A stretch of 64,000 nucleotides of DNA, from contig OZ253470.1 of assembly GCA_965261735.1 (NCBI GenBank), positions 1,248,001 to 1,312,000 of the forward strand, in the 5' to 3' direction. Below the pieces are notes generated by a model. That model was not told the DNA's origin and made no database searches. It saw only the letters and a list, made by a program, of their open reading frames with translations. The translations under genes were made by a program, and so were the position numbers. This stretch comes from Alphaproteobacteria bacterium (GTDB lineage: Bacteria > Pseudomonadota > Alphaproteobacteria > SHVV01). Of the stretch, positions 30,963-41,127 are shown one piece after another (position 1 is the stretch's first letter; the number at the start of each line of letters is the position of its first letter).

Positions 30963-31985
30963 TCAGGCGGTGGCGGGAGCCCGGTAGCTCTCCTTCTTCG
31001 TCAGTAGCGCCCAGACGATGCGCGCCATCCTGTTGGCCAGCGCCACCGCGACGAGCATCCTCGGCTTGCGCGCCAGCATCCCGGCCAGCCAGGGGTCCGT
31101 CGTCACGCCGCGCCGAACCGCCCAGCGGACCACAGTCATCGCGCCTGTGATCAGCAGCCGTCTCAGATCGCGCTGGCCCATCTTCGATATCTTGCCCAGC
31201 TTCGGCTTGCCGCCGGTCGTGTGCTGGCGCGGCACGAGGCCGAGCCAAGCGGAGAAGTCGCGGCCGCGCCGGAAACTCTCCATCGGCGGTGCGAAGGCCT
31301 GGATTGCCATCGCGCTGATCGGCCCGATCCCCGGCACGCTCATCAGGCGCCTCGCCTCCTCATCCTGCCGTGCTCTCACGTGGACCTCCCTCTCCAGGCC
31401 CGCAATCTTCGCATCGAGGCCGGCGATCTGCTCAAGCAGAAGGCCGGCCAGCTCGCGGACCGCTTCCGGCAACCTCGAAGCCGGTCCCTCAAGCGCCGAG
31501 GCCAGCCGGCCGACATGAGCCGGCCCCTGCGGGGCAATGACACCGAACTCCGCCAGATGGCCGCGCAGCGCATTAATCGTCTGGGTGCGCTGGCGCACCA
31601 GAAGATCGCGCGTCCGGAACAGCATGCCCCGAGCCTGCTGTTCCTCCGTCTTCACAGCCACAAAGCGCATGGTCGGCCGCGACGACGCCTCGCAGATCGC
31701 CTCCGCATCCGACGCGTCGTTCTTTTGCCGCTTGACGTACGCTTTGACGTAGATCGGTGGGACCAGTCGCACCGCATGGCCGAGACTGCCGATCTCCCGG
31801 CCCCAATGGTGCGCGCCGCCGCACGCCTCCATCGCCACCGTGCAGCGTGGCTGCGCAGCCACAAAGTCCAACAGCTTCGCCCGGCTCAGCTTCTTGCGGA
31901 ACGCAACCAACCCATCCGCCCGCGCACCGTGCAGCTGAAAGCTGTTCTTCGCCAGATCGATCCCGATCATGTGAACCTGTTCCAT
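30963..31985 (-). CDS. IS110 family DEDD transposase/recombinase
   Basis: IGIDLAK, MEACG, KNDASDAEAI, SVPGIGP, WLGLVPRQHTTGGK and ALANRMARIVWA. Confidence 0.95.
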   Translation of the reverse strand: MEQVHMIGIDLAKNSFQLHGARADGLVAFRKKLSRAKLLDFVAAQPRCTVAMEACGGAHHWGREIGSLGHAVRLVPPIYVKAYVKRQKNDASDAEAICEASSRPTMRFVAVKTEEQQARGMLFRTRDLLVRQRTQTINALRGHLAEFGVIAPQGPAHVGRLASALEGPASRLPEAVRELAGLLLEQIAGLDAKIAGLEREVHVRARQDEEARRLMSVPGIGPISAMAIQAFAPPMESFRRGRDFSAWLGLVPRQHTTGGKPKLGKISKMGQRDLRRLLITGAMTVVRWAVRRGVTTDPWLAGMLARKPRMLVAVALANRMARIVWALLTKKESYRAPATA

Positions 31986-32236
31986 GGACGCCCCCTTCCT
32001 CGCTTGGCGTTAACAACACCGCCAACCTGGCACATCGCGATGCCGTCGGGAGGGGCGTCCACCCCATCGGTTACGCAATGCGAGTCATGCGGACAGAGGC
32101 ACTCGACCGTCGCCCTGCTGGCGGTCTGGTTCGGTATCGACAAGGCCCGCTTGAGGCGTCAGGTGGATCAAGATGCCGCCTGAGGGGCGGCCGGCCGTCA
32201 AATAGTGCCGGCTGTCCGGCGCCGCGCGCGCCACGC

Positions 32237-33391
32237 CTAGATCCTTAGCTGCCCGCCGTCCCAGCGCCGGCCGAGCGCCACCGCGGCCGCCCCGCCGAGG
32301 GCTGACATCCCGGCCATGACGAAAAAGGCATCGCCCGCGATCGCCGCGTAGAGGGCGCCCGAGCCGAGCATCGTGGTGCCCGCGAGGAGGCCGATGGCGA
32401 CCGCCGAATACAGCGTCTGCGCGGTCGCCGTGGTGCCCGGCGGCGAGGCCCGAGCCATGAAGTGCATGGCCCCGAGATGGGCTGCGGCAAAGGTCAGCGA
32501 GTGCAGCGTCTGGGCCACGATCAAGAGCCCGAGACCGGTGCCGAGCGCGGTCAGGCTCCAGCGCACGACCCCGGCCACCGCGGCGATCAGGATAAGCTGC
32601 GGCGGCGGTAGGCGCCGGATGAGCCACCCCGAAGCCGCGAACAGCACGACCTCGACCGCAACGGCCTCGGCCCAAAACAGGCTGATGGTGTCGGCGGCAT
32701 AGCCGGCGGCGAGCCAATGCAGGGTGCCAAAGCCGTAGTAGATGGTATGGCTCGACTGAATCATTCCCGTCGCCAGCAGGAAGAGCAGAAAGGTGGGGTG
32801 GCGGAGCAGCGCGCGCATCGGCGCCTTGACGGGTGCGCCCGGTGGCGCCCTTGTGTCGGGCACGCCCGCGCTCGCCAGTAGGGAGAGCCCGATGCTGCCG
32901 AGCAGGAGCCACAGGATCAGGTCCGCCGAGCGGCCGACGAGAAGCCGGCCCGCTATATAGGCGCCGGCCATGAACGCGATCGATCCCCACAGCCGAATGC
33001 GACCGTAGTCGAGCTTCTCGCTATAGACGGTGAGCAGCGTCAGGTTTTCGCCTAGCGGGACCATGGCCGAGAGCGCGACGCCGGAGAGGATGGAGATCCC
33101 GAACAGGGGCCAGAAGCCGTGGGCGAACGCGAACAGGGCGTAGGCCGCGAGGCTGATGGCGGCGAGCACGATCAGCGGCCTCTTGCGGTCGCCGCGGCGG
33201 TCAGCGATACGGGCGATCAGCGGATTGCCGATAATCCGGGCCCATAGCGGCGTCGACAGTAAAATGCCGATCTGCGCCGGGTCCATGTCCCGCGAGGCGA
33301 GCCAAACCGGCCAGAACGGCAGGAGCACGCCAACGACGAGAAACAGCGCGACATAGAACAGCGCGAGGCGGATCGACGACGCACGAGCCAT
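32237..33391 (-). CDS. MFS transporter (HcaT/3-phenylpropionate-like)
   Basis: LPFWPVWL, DYGRIRLWGS and QTLHSLTFAAAHLG. Confidence 0.88.
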   Translation of the reverse strand: MARASSIRLALFYVALFLVVGVLLPFWPVWLASRDMDPAQIGILLSTPLWARIIGNPLIARIADRRGDRKRPLIVLAAISLAAYALFAFAHGFWPLFGISILSGVALSAMVPLGENLTLLTVYSEKLDYGRIRLWGSIAFMAGAYIAGRLLVGRSADLILWLLLGSIGLSLLASAGVPDTRAPPGAPVKAPMRALLRHPTFLLFLLATGMIQSSHTIYYGFGTLHWLAAGYAADTISLFWAEAVAVEVVLFAASGWLIRRLPPPQLILIAAVAGVVRWSLTALGTGLGLLIVAQTLHSLTFAAAHLGAMHFMARASPPGTTATAQTLYSAVAIGLLAGTTMLGSGALYAAIAGDAFFVMAGMSALGGAAAVALGRRWDGGQLRI

Positions 33392-33586
33392 GGGGCGGGG
33401 TCGGGAGGAAACTGGCCGCGGCTACGGCAGGGAGCCGCGGCAGTGTGGTGCGCCCGGACGCACTCGGCAACCTCTACCGCCACCGGCCGGCGCCGCGCGA
33501 CTCGGCACAATGGGTCCTTTTCGGTTATTCTTGCGGTGACGACCCCGGCGGCGTGACGCCGACAACGGGGTCGCAGCAGGGTAGGC

Positions 33587-34357
33587 ATGGCAGACACGGG
33601 GTTGGGCGGGGTCCAGGGCCTCGCCGCGCTGAGCAACCTTGACCAGCTCCGCGTCGCGCTCGAGCGTGGCAACCCTGATTCTCGGCCGAGCGCCCGCGGG
33701 TCGGCCGTCACCCTCACCCGCCCGCTCGACTCCGCTTTCGTCGATCTTCGCGGCGCGCGCGAGGCGGTGGGCGTCGGCGAAGCGGTGCTCGGCGTCGCGG
33801 TCGGCGCCGGCCGCAAGGTCGAGAACATCCTGATCGAGATGCGCAAGGTGGCGATCGATGCGGCCAAACCGAACCTCGACAATGCCACCCGGTCCGATCT
33901 CGTGACCCGCTTCGACCGCCTCCGCGAGGAGTTCGAAATCGTCGTCTCCAATGCCGAATTCAACCGCATCAATCTCGTCGCTGAGGGAGCCCCGGACCTC
34001 ACGATCGCCACCGATACGCAAGGCGGCAGCATGTTCGTCGAGGCCCAGGACCTGAGCCCCCGCGGCGTCGGGATCGATGCCCTTTCGGTGGGCTCGAGCA
34101 CGCAGGCCGCCAGCGCGATCGTCAAGCTCGAGGGGGCGGTGTCGACGGCGGGCGAGCGCGTCGGCACACTAGCCGCGGCGGCGACCCAGATCGCCAATGT
34201 GTCCGAGCTCAGCGACCAGCTGGTCCGGCTACTGAACACCAACGTCAGCACCCGGCTCGACACGGGATTTGGCGAAACTGACGCCTTTGCGGCCGCCGCG
34301 AAGATTAGCGATCAGCTCAAAACGAGCCGCCTCGCGATCGCCAACGCGACGCGGTAG
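33587..34357 (+). CDS. Divergent flagellin-like protein
   Basis: ILIEMRKVAIDA...RSDL...LREE...VSNAEFNRINLV and C-terminal DTGFGE...QL....LAIAN resemble the flagellin D1/D0 helices. Confidence 0.65.
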   Translation: MADTGLGGVQGLAALSNLDQLRVALERGNPDSRPSARGSAVTLTRPLDSAFVDLRGAREAVGVGEAVLGVAVGAGRKVENILIEMRKVAIDAAKPNLDNATRSDLVTRFDRLREEFEIVVSNAEFNRINLVAEGAPDLTIATDTQGGSMFVEAQDLSPRGVGIDALSVGSSTQAASAIVKLEGAVSTAGERVGTLAAAATQIANVSELSDQLVRLLNTNVSTRLDTGFGETDAFAAAAKISDQLKTSRLAIANATR

Positions 34358-34367
34358 GCCGCGATCG

Positions 34368-35216
34368 TCAGCCGCTGTAGGCGAGCACGCCAACGCTGAC
34401 GCTCACCACCGCGATCCCGGCCCACTGACGCGCCGGGATCGGCTCGCGCAGGAAGATTCGGGCGAGCACAACGGTAACCACGGCAAACGGCGCACTCGCC
34501 ACAGCGGCGAGCGCCGCGCCGCTACCGGCGGAGCCGAACAGCAGCGTGAGGAACGCGCCCGTGTCGAGCACGCCCTGGAGCGCGAGCGCGGGCCACCAGC
34601 GTAGCGGGAGGCGGGCCCGCGTGCGCGAGGCGGCGATGAAGACAACCAGACAGGCCAAGCTGACGAGGCGCGACAGCCATAGCGCCACGAGCGCGCCGTA
34701 GATGGCGGCAGCCTCGCGCGCCGCCAGGACGGTGACGGCGATGAGGATGGCGGCGCCGAGCGCGAGCAGCACCGTGAGCGAGACACCATCGCTTGCCGCC
34801 GTACCACGGCCGCCGCGGGCCACGATCCACACGCCGGCCATAGTCGTCGCCATCACCAGCCACTGGACGGGACTAGGAAAGATGCCGAGAAGCGGCGCCG
34901 CGAGGGCGAGGAAGGCGGGGTAGCTCGACGACACCGGGGCGGCGACGGCGACCGGCCCCCGGCTCAGGGCGGCATACAAGAGAAGCGTCGCGGCCATGAC
35001 GCCGAGGCCGGAAAGTGCGACCCAGATCAAACCATCGGCAGGCAAGCTTACAGGCGTTCGGGCGATCGCGATCCAGGCACTGAGGCCCACGGTGCCAAAC
35101 AGGAACATGCCGAGCACGGCGTTGGCGGGGCCGAGCGCGCGGCCCGAGAGCCGGGCCACGAAGTCGGCCGTGCCCCAGCCGAGCGCGCTCATCAATCCCC
35201 ATGCCACCGGGCTCAT
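34368..35216 (-). CDS. DMT/EamA family transporter
   Basis: WGTADF, GPVAVAAPVSSSYP and LARIFLREPI..QWAGI. Confidence 0.88.
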   Translation of the reverse strand: MSPVAWGLMSALGWGTADFVARLSGRALGPANAVLGMFLFGTVGLSAWIAIARTPVSLPADGLIWVALSGLGVMAATLLLYAALSRGPVAVAAPVSSSYPAFLALAAPLLGIFPSPVQWLVMATTMAGVWIVARGGRGTAASDGVSLTVLLALGAAILIAVTVLAAREAAAIYGALVALWLSRLVSLACLVVFIAASRTRARLPLRWWPALALQGVLDTGAFLTLLFGSAGSGAALAAVASAPFAVVTVVLARIFLREPIPARQWAGIAVVSVSVGVLAYSG

Positions 35217-35323
35217 GCGCGTTCATCCCCCGCGTGGCGGCGCCATGCCGACCGCGCCTCCGGCATGTTGTAGCGCGCCCAGGCCCCCGAGGAAATCGGC
35301 GCCGGGATCCGTTGCGAAAGCGG

Positions 35324-35964
35324 TCAGTCGAACAGGGCGTCGATCTCGGACTGCGACGATTTCTTCGGGCTGGCCGCGGCGTCCTTGTCGAGCAGGGCAT
35401 CGACCTCGTTCTGATCGATGCCCTCGCCCTCCAGCGCCGGACCCGAAAGCAGCGCCTCATCACCCTGGGGCAGCGGTTCCGCGGCCGTGCTCGAATCCTC
35501 GAACTCGGAGCCGAGCACCTCCAGCAGCGCGCCGACGCGCTCCTCGATGTCACCGAGGGTCGTGACCACCTTGGAGACGCGTTGCCCGGTGATGTCCTGG
35601 AACGAGCATGCCTCAAAGATACGCAGGCAGGCGCCGTCGACATGATCTCCTCGGCGGCCTCCATGATGGTGTTGGTGGCCTCCTCGGTGTGGCGGACGAT
35701 GGCGTCGAGCTGATCGCCGGCGGCCGGAATCCGCGACTTCATGTCCTTGGGACGGACGCGCGCGATTTCGCTGCGGGTATCGGTGATCTGCGCCGATACG
35801 CTCTGTAGCTCGCGGTAGATGGACGTGTCGAAATATCGGTAAACCACGGCGACCAGCACCTCGGTAATCGAGGCGATATCCCGGATTGAAACCGGCTGCT
35901 TCTGGTCTTCACGCAGCAAATTGACCAGTTGCTCGAGTTTTTTCGAAAGCTTATCGGTGTTCAT
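35324..35964 (-). pseudogene. cheZ: Alphaproteobacterial CheZ-type protein phosphatase, frameshifted
   Basis: IPAAGDQLDAIVRHTEEATNTIMEAAE; after a frame change near 35630, IFEACSFQDITGQRVSKVV...GP...QSEIDALFD. Confidence 0.78.
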
Positions 35965-36067
35965 GGGACCTTCCCGAAATGGCCGGTGCCGGAGGGGCAG
36001 GAAATTGGCCGGCGCGCCTGGGGATGGCGGTCGCTTCGACGCTGCGCCCAAGCCTAGGCCGGGTTGC

Positions 36068-36083
36068 TAAAAGTTCGGTTAAC
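36068..36083. promoter_or_regulatory. Possible CtrA-binding site upstream of cheZ
   Basis: TAAA-N7-TTAAC, one mismatch to TTAA-N7-TTAAC, about 100 bp upstream of the cheZ start. Confidence 0.35.
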
Positions 36084-36255
36084 TCGGCGCGAAAGGCGCA
36101 GGATTCGTGAGGTTCGCGTGCCTTGCCCGGTCTCGGGGTCACGGCTATAGTGCGCCGCTCAACGGAACGCGCGTTTGGCCATCCCGCTTGTCCCCGCCGA
36201 GCGCAGTCGTGCCGGAGGCCGGCCGGCGACCGGGCGGCATCCAGGATGTGCACGA

Positions 36256-37251
36256 ATGCGGATCTTGCGTCGTTACACCGAGGTTCCCGAGGCGGCACGC
36301 GGCGCCGTCCTCGCCATCGGCAACTTCGACGGCGTGCATCGCGGCCACCGGGCGGTGATCGCCAGCGCCGCAGAGGCCGCGGCGCAATCGGGCGCAGCGC
36401 TGGCCGTATTGACCTTCGAGCCCCACCCGCGCGACGTCCTCCAGCCCGGGCGGCCGCCGTTTCGCATCACCTCGCTGCGCACCAAAGCGCGCCTGTTCGC
36501 TGGCATGGGCGTCGACGTGCTCACCGTCCTGCACTTCACTCATTCGCTGGCTGCGAAGACGGCCGAGGCGTTCGTCGCCGAGGTCCTGGTCGAGGGACTC
36601 GGGGTGAGCCACACCGTGGTCGGGTTCGATTTCGTATTTGGCCACCAGCGCGCCGGCGATACCGAAACGCTTCGCCGAGCCGCGGCGGACCATGGCTTTG
36701 GCATAAGCGTCGTCGAGGCGGCGGGTCACGCCGGCGCGCCCTTCGCCTCGAGCCGCATTCGCGATCACCTCGTCGCGGGGCAGATGCGCGAGGCGAGCGA
36801 CATCCTGGGGCGTCCGTGGGAGATCGAGGGCCGCGTCGGGCGCGGCGCCGGGCGCGGTCGCGTGGTCGGTTTTCCCACCATCAACCTGGCGCTCGGGGGC
36901 TACCTCAGGCCCGCGGCCGGCGTCTATGCGGTGCGGGTCGAGGTCGATAGCGGCGCCGGCGCCGCGTGGCACGATGGCGTCGCCAATGTCGGCCGGCGGC
37001 CAACCTTCGGCGGCACCGACACCGTGTGCGAGGGGCACCTGTTCGACTTCGAGGGCGATCCTTACGGGCGGCGCGTGACCATGGAGTTCGCCGACTTCAT
37101 CCGCGCGGAGCGGAAATTCGACGGCATCGACAGCCTGCGCGCGCAAATCGCCGAGGATTGCGGCGCCGCGCGGCGTATTCTCGCCGCGCCGAACCGCACG
37201 CAGGCGGCGGCGCCGGGGACGCCACGGGCGCGTCAAGCGGCCCCCTCATGA
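36256..37251 (+). CDS. ribF: Bifunctional riboflavin kinase/FAD synthetase
   Basis: IGNFDGVHRGH, TFEPHP, SSRIR, GFPTIN and NVGRRPTF. Confidence 0.95.
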   Translation: MRILRRYTEVPEAARGAVLAIGNFDGVHRGHRAVIASAAEAAAQSGAALAVLTFEPHPRDVLQPGRPPFRITSLRTKARLFAGMGVDVLTVLHFTHSLAAKTAEAFVAEVLVEGLGVSHTVVGFDFVFGHQRAGDTETLRRAAADHGFGISVVEAAGHAGAPFASSRIRDHLVAGQMREASDILGRPWEIEGRVGRGAGRGRVVGFPTINLALGGYLRPAAGVYAVRVEVDSGAGAAWHDGVANVGRRPTFGGTDTVCEGHLFDFEGDPYGRRVTMEFADFIRAERKFDGIDSLRAQIAEDCGAARRILAAPNRTQAAAPGTPRARQAAPS

Positions 37252-40058
37252 CCGACTACCGCGCGACCTGTTTCCTACCCGCCACGGACTTTGCGATGCG
37301 CGCGGGCCTGCCCACGCTCGAGCCCAAGCTGCTCGAACGCTGGCGGCGCCTCGGCCTGTTCGAGAGACTGCGCGCCGAATCGCAGGGTCGCGAGAAATTC
37401 ATCCTTCACGACGGGCCGCCCTACGCCAACGGGCATCTGCATATCGGCCACGCCCTCAACAAGATTCTTAAGGACGTCATCAATCGCTCGCAGCAGATGC
37501 GCGGCAAGGACGCCCACTACGTGCCCGGCTGGGATTGCCATGGCCTGCCGATCGAATGGCAGGTCGAGCAGGAATACATCGAGTCCGGCCGCGACAAGGA
37601 CGCGGTGTCGACCATCGCGTTCCGCGAAGACTGCCGCGCCTTCGCGCAGAAATGGATCGATATACAGCGCGACGAGTTCGTCCGCCTTGGCATCGAGGGC
37701 GACTGGGACAATCCCTACACCACCATGGCGCTGGCGGCGGAGGCACGGATCGTCGGCGAGATCTGTCGATTTCTCATGAATGGCGGCCTGTATAAGGGCG
37801 CCAAGCCGGTAATGTGGTCGGTGGTCGAGAAGACGGCGCTGGCCGAGGCCGAGATCGAGTACCACGACCACACCTCGACCACGGTCTTCGTTCGCTTCAA
37901 GGTGCAGCCGCAGCTGCCGCGCGGCCTCGCGAGCGGCGCCAGCATCGTCATCTGGACGACCACGCCGTGGACGCTGCCCGGCAACCGCGCCATCGCCGTC
38001 AACCCCGACGCCGCCTACGTGCGCGTCCGGGTGACGGAAGCGGCGCCCGACTCGCGTGCCGTGATCGGCGAGGACCTCATTCTCGCCAAGGCGCTGATGG
38101 CCTGGGTGTTTGCCGAGGTAGGCATCACCAGGCGTGAGCTGATCGGCGAGTTCCCGGGCGCGCAATTGCAGAGCGTGGTGTGCTGGCACCCCTTGCGCGG
38201 GCGCGGCTACGACTTCGACGTGCCGGTGCTACCCGCGGCCTTCGTCGACATGGAGCAGGGCACAGGGCTCGTCCACATCGCGCCCGGCCACGGCGCCGAT
38301 GACTTCGAGCTCGGCGCGGCCCACGGCCTCGAGGTGCCGCAGACCGTGGGCGACGACGGCATCTTCGAGGAGCAGGTGCCGCTGTTCGCCGGCCGCCACG
38401 TCTTCAAGGTCGACGGCGAGATCGCCGATGCCGTCGAGGCCGCGGGCGGCCTGCTCGGGCGCGGGCGCCTCGTCCACAGCTATCCCCATTCGTGGCGCTC
38501 GAAGGCGCCGCTCATCTTTCGCAACACGCCGCAATGGTTCATCTCGATGAGCGCCAACGACCTGCGCCGCAAGGCGCTGGCGGCAATCGAAGAGGTCCGC
38601 TGGATCCCCGAGAGCGGGCGCAACCGCATCTACGCGATGGTCGAAAACCGGCCCGAATGGGTGATCTCGCGCCAGCGTGCCTGGGGCGTGCCCATCACGG
38701 TGTTCGTCGACCGCAACACCGGCGAGCCGCTGCGCGACGAGGCCGTGAACGCGCGCATCATCGCGGCGGTGGCCGCCGCCGGCACCGACGTGTGGTTCAC
38801 CGAGGATCCGGCCCGTTTTCTCGGGCCCGACCGCGACCCGGCCGACTTCGACAAGGTCGAGGACATTATCGACGTGTGGTTCGAATCGGGGGCCACGCAC
38901 AGCTTCGTGCTCGAGGCCCGCCCCGATCTCAAATGGCCGGCCTCGCTCTACGTCGAGGGTTCCGACCAGCACCGCGGCTGGTTCCACTCCTCGCTGCTGG
39001 AAGCCTGTGGCACGCGCGGCCGCGCGCCCTACGAGCAGGTCCTGACGCACGGCTTCGTCATGGACGAGGAAGGCCGCAAGATGTCGAAGTCGCTCGGCAA
39101 TATCGTCAAGCCGCAGGAGGTGATCGCCCAGCATGGCGCTGACATCCTGCGCCTGTGGGCCGTGGGCTCGGACTATGTCGAAGACCTACGCATCGGCCCC
39201 GAGATCATCAAGAGCCACGTCGATATCTATCGCCGCCTGCGCAATACGCTGCGCTTCCTACTCGGCAATCTCAACGGCTTCGGCGAGGCCGAGCGGCTGC
39301 CGGCGGCCGAGATGCCCGAGCTCGAGCGTTGGGTCCTCAACGGGCTGTGGCGCATGGATCGCCAGGTTCACGAGGCTTGCGACGGCTTCCGGTTCCACGC
39401 TCTGTTCGCGGCGCTGCAGAACTTCTGTGCCAACGATCTGTCGTCCTTCTACTTCGATATCCGCAAGGATTCGCTCTACTGCGACCGCGCCGATTCGCCG
39501 CGCCGGCGCGCCGCACGCACGGTGCTCGACGAAATCTACTCGTGCCTGACCGCATGGCTCGCGCCGATCCTCTGCTTCACGGCCGAGGAGGCCTGGCTCG
39601 CGCGCCATGACGGCGCCGACGAGAGCGTCCATGTACGCCAGTTTCCCGACGTGCCCGAGGCCTGGCGCGACGCTGAGTTGGAGGCAAAATGGAACCTCGT
39701 TCGTAGCCTTCGCCGCGTCGTCACGGGCGCGCTCGAGGGGGAGCGTGCCGCCAAGCGTATCGGCTCCAGCCTCCAGGCCCATCCGGTGATCTATGCCGAC
39801 GCGGCCTACCACGACGCGCTCGGTGGCCTCGACGTGGCCGAGCTTCTCATAACCTCGGGAGCGAGCCTGGAGGGTGGCGAGGCGCCTGCGGACGCCTTCC
39901 GCCTCGAGGACGTGGCCGGGGTCGCGGTCGTACCGGGGCTGGCCGGGGGTACGAAATGTGGGCGCTGCTGGCGTGTCCTGCTCGAGGTTGGCGCCGGCGG
40001 TGGGCGCGAGGACCTGTGCGGGCGTTGCGATGACGCCGTGGGAGTCGCGGCCGCTTGA
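37248..40058 (+). CDS. ileS: Isoleucine--tRNA ligase
   Basis: HDGPPYANGHLHIGH, GWDCHGLP, IWTTTPWTLP, EGSDQHRGWF, KMSKS and a C-terminal zinc finger. Confidence 0.97.
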   Translation: MTDYRATCFLPATDFAMRAGLPTLEPKLLERWRRLGLFERLRAESQGREKFILHDGPPYANGHLHIGHALNKILKDVINRSQQMRGKDAHYVPGWDCHGLPIEWQVEQEYIESGRDKDAVSTIAFREDCRAFAQKWIDIQRDEFVRLGIEGDWDNPYTTMALAAEARIVGEICRFLMNGGLYKGAKPVMWSVVEKTALAEAEIEYHDHTSTTVFVRFKVQPQLPRGLASGASIVIWTTTPWTLPGNRAIAVNPDAAYVRVRVTEAAPDSRAVIGEDLILAKALMAWVFAEVGITRRELIGEFPGAQLQSVVCWHPLRGRGYDFDVPVLPAAFVDMEQGTGLVHIAPGHGADDFELGAAHGLEVPQTVGDDGIFEEQVPLFAGRHVFKVDGEIADAVEAAGGLLGRGRLVHSYPHSWRSKAPLIFRNTPQWFISMSANDLRRKALAAIEEVRWIPESGRNRIYAMVENRPEWVISRQRAWGVPITVFVDRNTGEPLRDEAVNARIIAAVAAAGTDVWFTEDPARFLGPDRDPADFDKVEDIIDVWFESGATHSFVLEARPDLKWPASLYVEGSDQHRGWFHSSLLEACGTRGRAPYEQVLTHGFVMDEEGRKMSKSLGNIVKPQEVIAQHGADILRLWAVGSDYVEDLRIGPEIIKSHVDIYRRLRNTLRFLLGNLNGFGEAERLPAAEMPELERWVLNGLWRMDRQVHEACDGFRFHALFAALQNFCANDLSSFYFDIRKDSLYCDRADSPRRRAARTVLDEIYSCLTAWLAPILCFTAEEAWLARHDGADESVHVRQFPDVPEAWRDAELEAKWNLVRSLRRVVTGALEGERAAKRIGSSLQAHPVIYADAAYHDALGGLDVAELLITSGASLEGGEAPADAFRLEDVAGVAVVPGLAGGTKCGRCWRVLLEVGAGGGREDLCGRCDDAVGVAAA

Positions 40059-40537
40059 TGGTGCGCCTCGGGCTCGGTTGCGCCGCCGCTGTCGTCGTCA
40101 TCGACCAGCTCACGAAATGGTGGATGCTCGCGGCTCTCGGGGGCCCGCCGGGGATTATCGCGATCACGCCGTTCTTCAACCTCGTCCTGGTGGAGAACCG
40201 AGGCATTAGTTTCGGCCTCCTCAGTTCCAGGGCGCGGTGGCTGCCGTGGCTGCTGGTGGCGTTCGCGCTCGTCATCGGGGCGGCGCTGATCCACTGGCTC
40301 GGCCGCGTCCAAAAGCGCTGGCTCGCCGCCGCCATCGGGCTCGTTCTGGGCGGCGCGCTCGGCAACGCGATCGATCGCGTCGTCCACGGCGCCGTCGTCG
40401 ACTTCTTCGATTTCCATCTCGCCGGTTTTCATTGGCCCGCCTTCAACGTCGCCGACTCGGCCATCGTCGTCGGCGTCGCCGCACTCCTGATAGATGGCTT
40501 GATGGGCGGACGCGAAAGGCCTAAAAAGGCGCCATGA
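40058..40537 (+). CDS. lspA: Lipoprotein signal peptidase II
   Basis: DQLTK, NRGISFG, GGALGNAIDR, GAVVDF and WPAFNVAD. Confidence 0.96.
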   Translation: MVRLGLGCAAAVVVIDQLTKWWMLAALGGPPGIIAITPFFNLVLVENRGISFGLLSSRARWLPWLLVAFALVIGAALIHWLGRVQKRWLAAAIGLVLGGALGNAIDRVVHGAVVDFFDFHLAGFHWPAFNVADSAIVVGVAALLIDGLMGGRERPKKAP

Positions 40538-41127
40538 TACCGATAGAGCGGCCACGGTCGGCCCCTCGCATGCGCGGGCGCGCGCTCGCCTTGGTGGTCG
40601 CATCGACGTTCGTACTGGGCGCCTGCGGCGGCGTTCGCGATCAGCTCGGCCTGTCGAAGCGCTCGCCCGACGAGTTCACGGTGGTGAGCAAGCCGCCGTT
40701 GGTAATTCCGCCGAACTTCACCTTGCGGCCGCCGGCTGCGGGCGCGGTCGGGCCGAGCGCCATTTCACCGGCGGCCGATGCCAAGGCGGCGCTGCTCGGC
40801 AACGTCGGCAAAGCGGGCGCCGCGCCCGCGGCGAAGCCGGGCGCGCCGAGCGAGGTCGCCCTGCTGGCCCTGGCCGGCGCGACCGACGCGGACGCCACCA
40901 TCCGCGAGGTCGTACGGCGTGAAACCAGTTTGCTGTCGGAGAGAGACAAGTCGTTCGCCGACGCCCTGATCTTCTGGCAGAAGCAGCCGCCGTTCGGCTC
41001 TGTCGTCGATGCCTCGAAGGAGGCGCAGCGCCTGCGCCAGACGGCCGCCGCCGGCCAGCCGCCAACGGCCGGCGAGACGCCGACGATCGAGCGCCGCAAG
41101 CGCGCGCTGCTCGAAGGCATCTTCTAG
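40534..41127 (+). CDS. DUF3035 family lipoprotein
   Basis: Lipobox LGA-C and PDEFTVV..PPLVIPP.F.LRPP; lies downstream of lspA. Confidence 0.85.
   Translation: MIPIERPRSAPRMRGRALALVVASTFVLGACGGVRDQLGLSKRSPDEFTVVSKPPLVIPPNFTLRPPAAGAVGPSAISPAADAKAALLGNVGKAGAAPAAKPGAPSEVALLALAGATDADATIREVVRRETSLLSERDKSFADALIFWQKQPPFGSVVDASKEAQRLRQTAAAGQPPTAGETPTIERRKRALLEGIF

Larger units (their letters stand above)
30694..32069 (-). mobile_element. Complete IS110-family (IS1111 group) insertion sequence
   Basis: 11-bp sub-terminal IRs GTGGACGCCCC (30699-30709) and GGGGCGTCCAC (32052-32062); CG core at both ends (30694-30695, 32068-32069); long non-coding region 3' of the transposase. Confidence 0.88.

Noticed and set aside
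30606-32183. A small Cys-containing gene interrupted by the IS110 element
   Set aside because: The rejoined frames give only short ORFs with no convincing family resemblance
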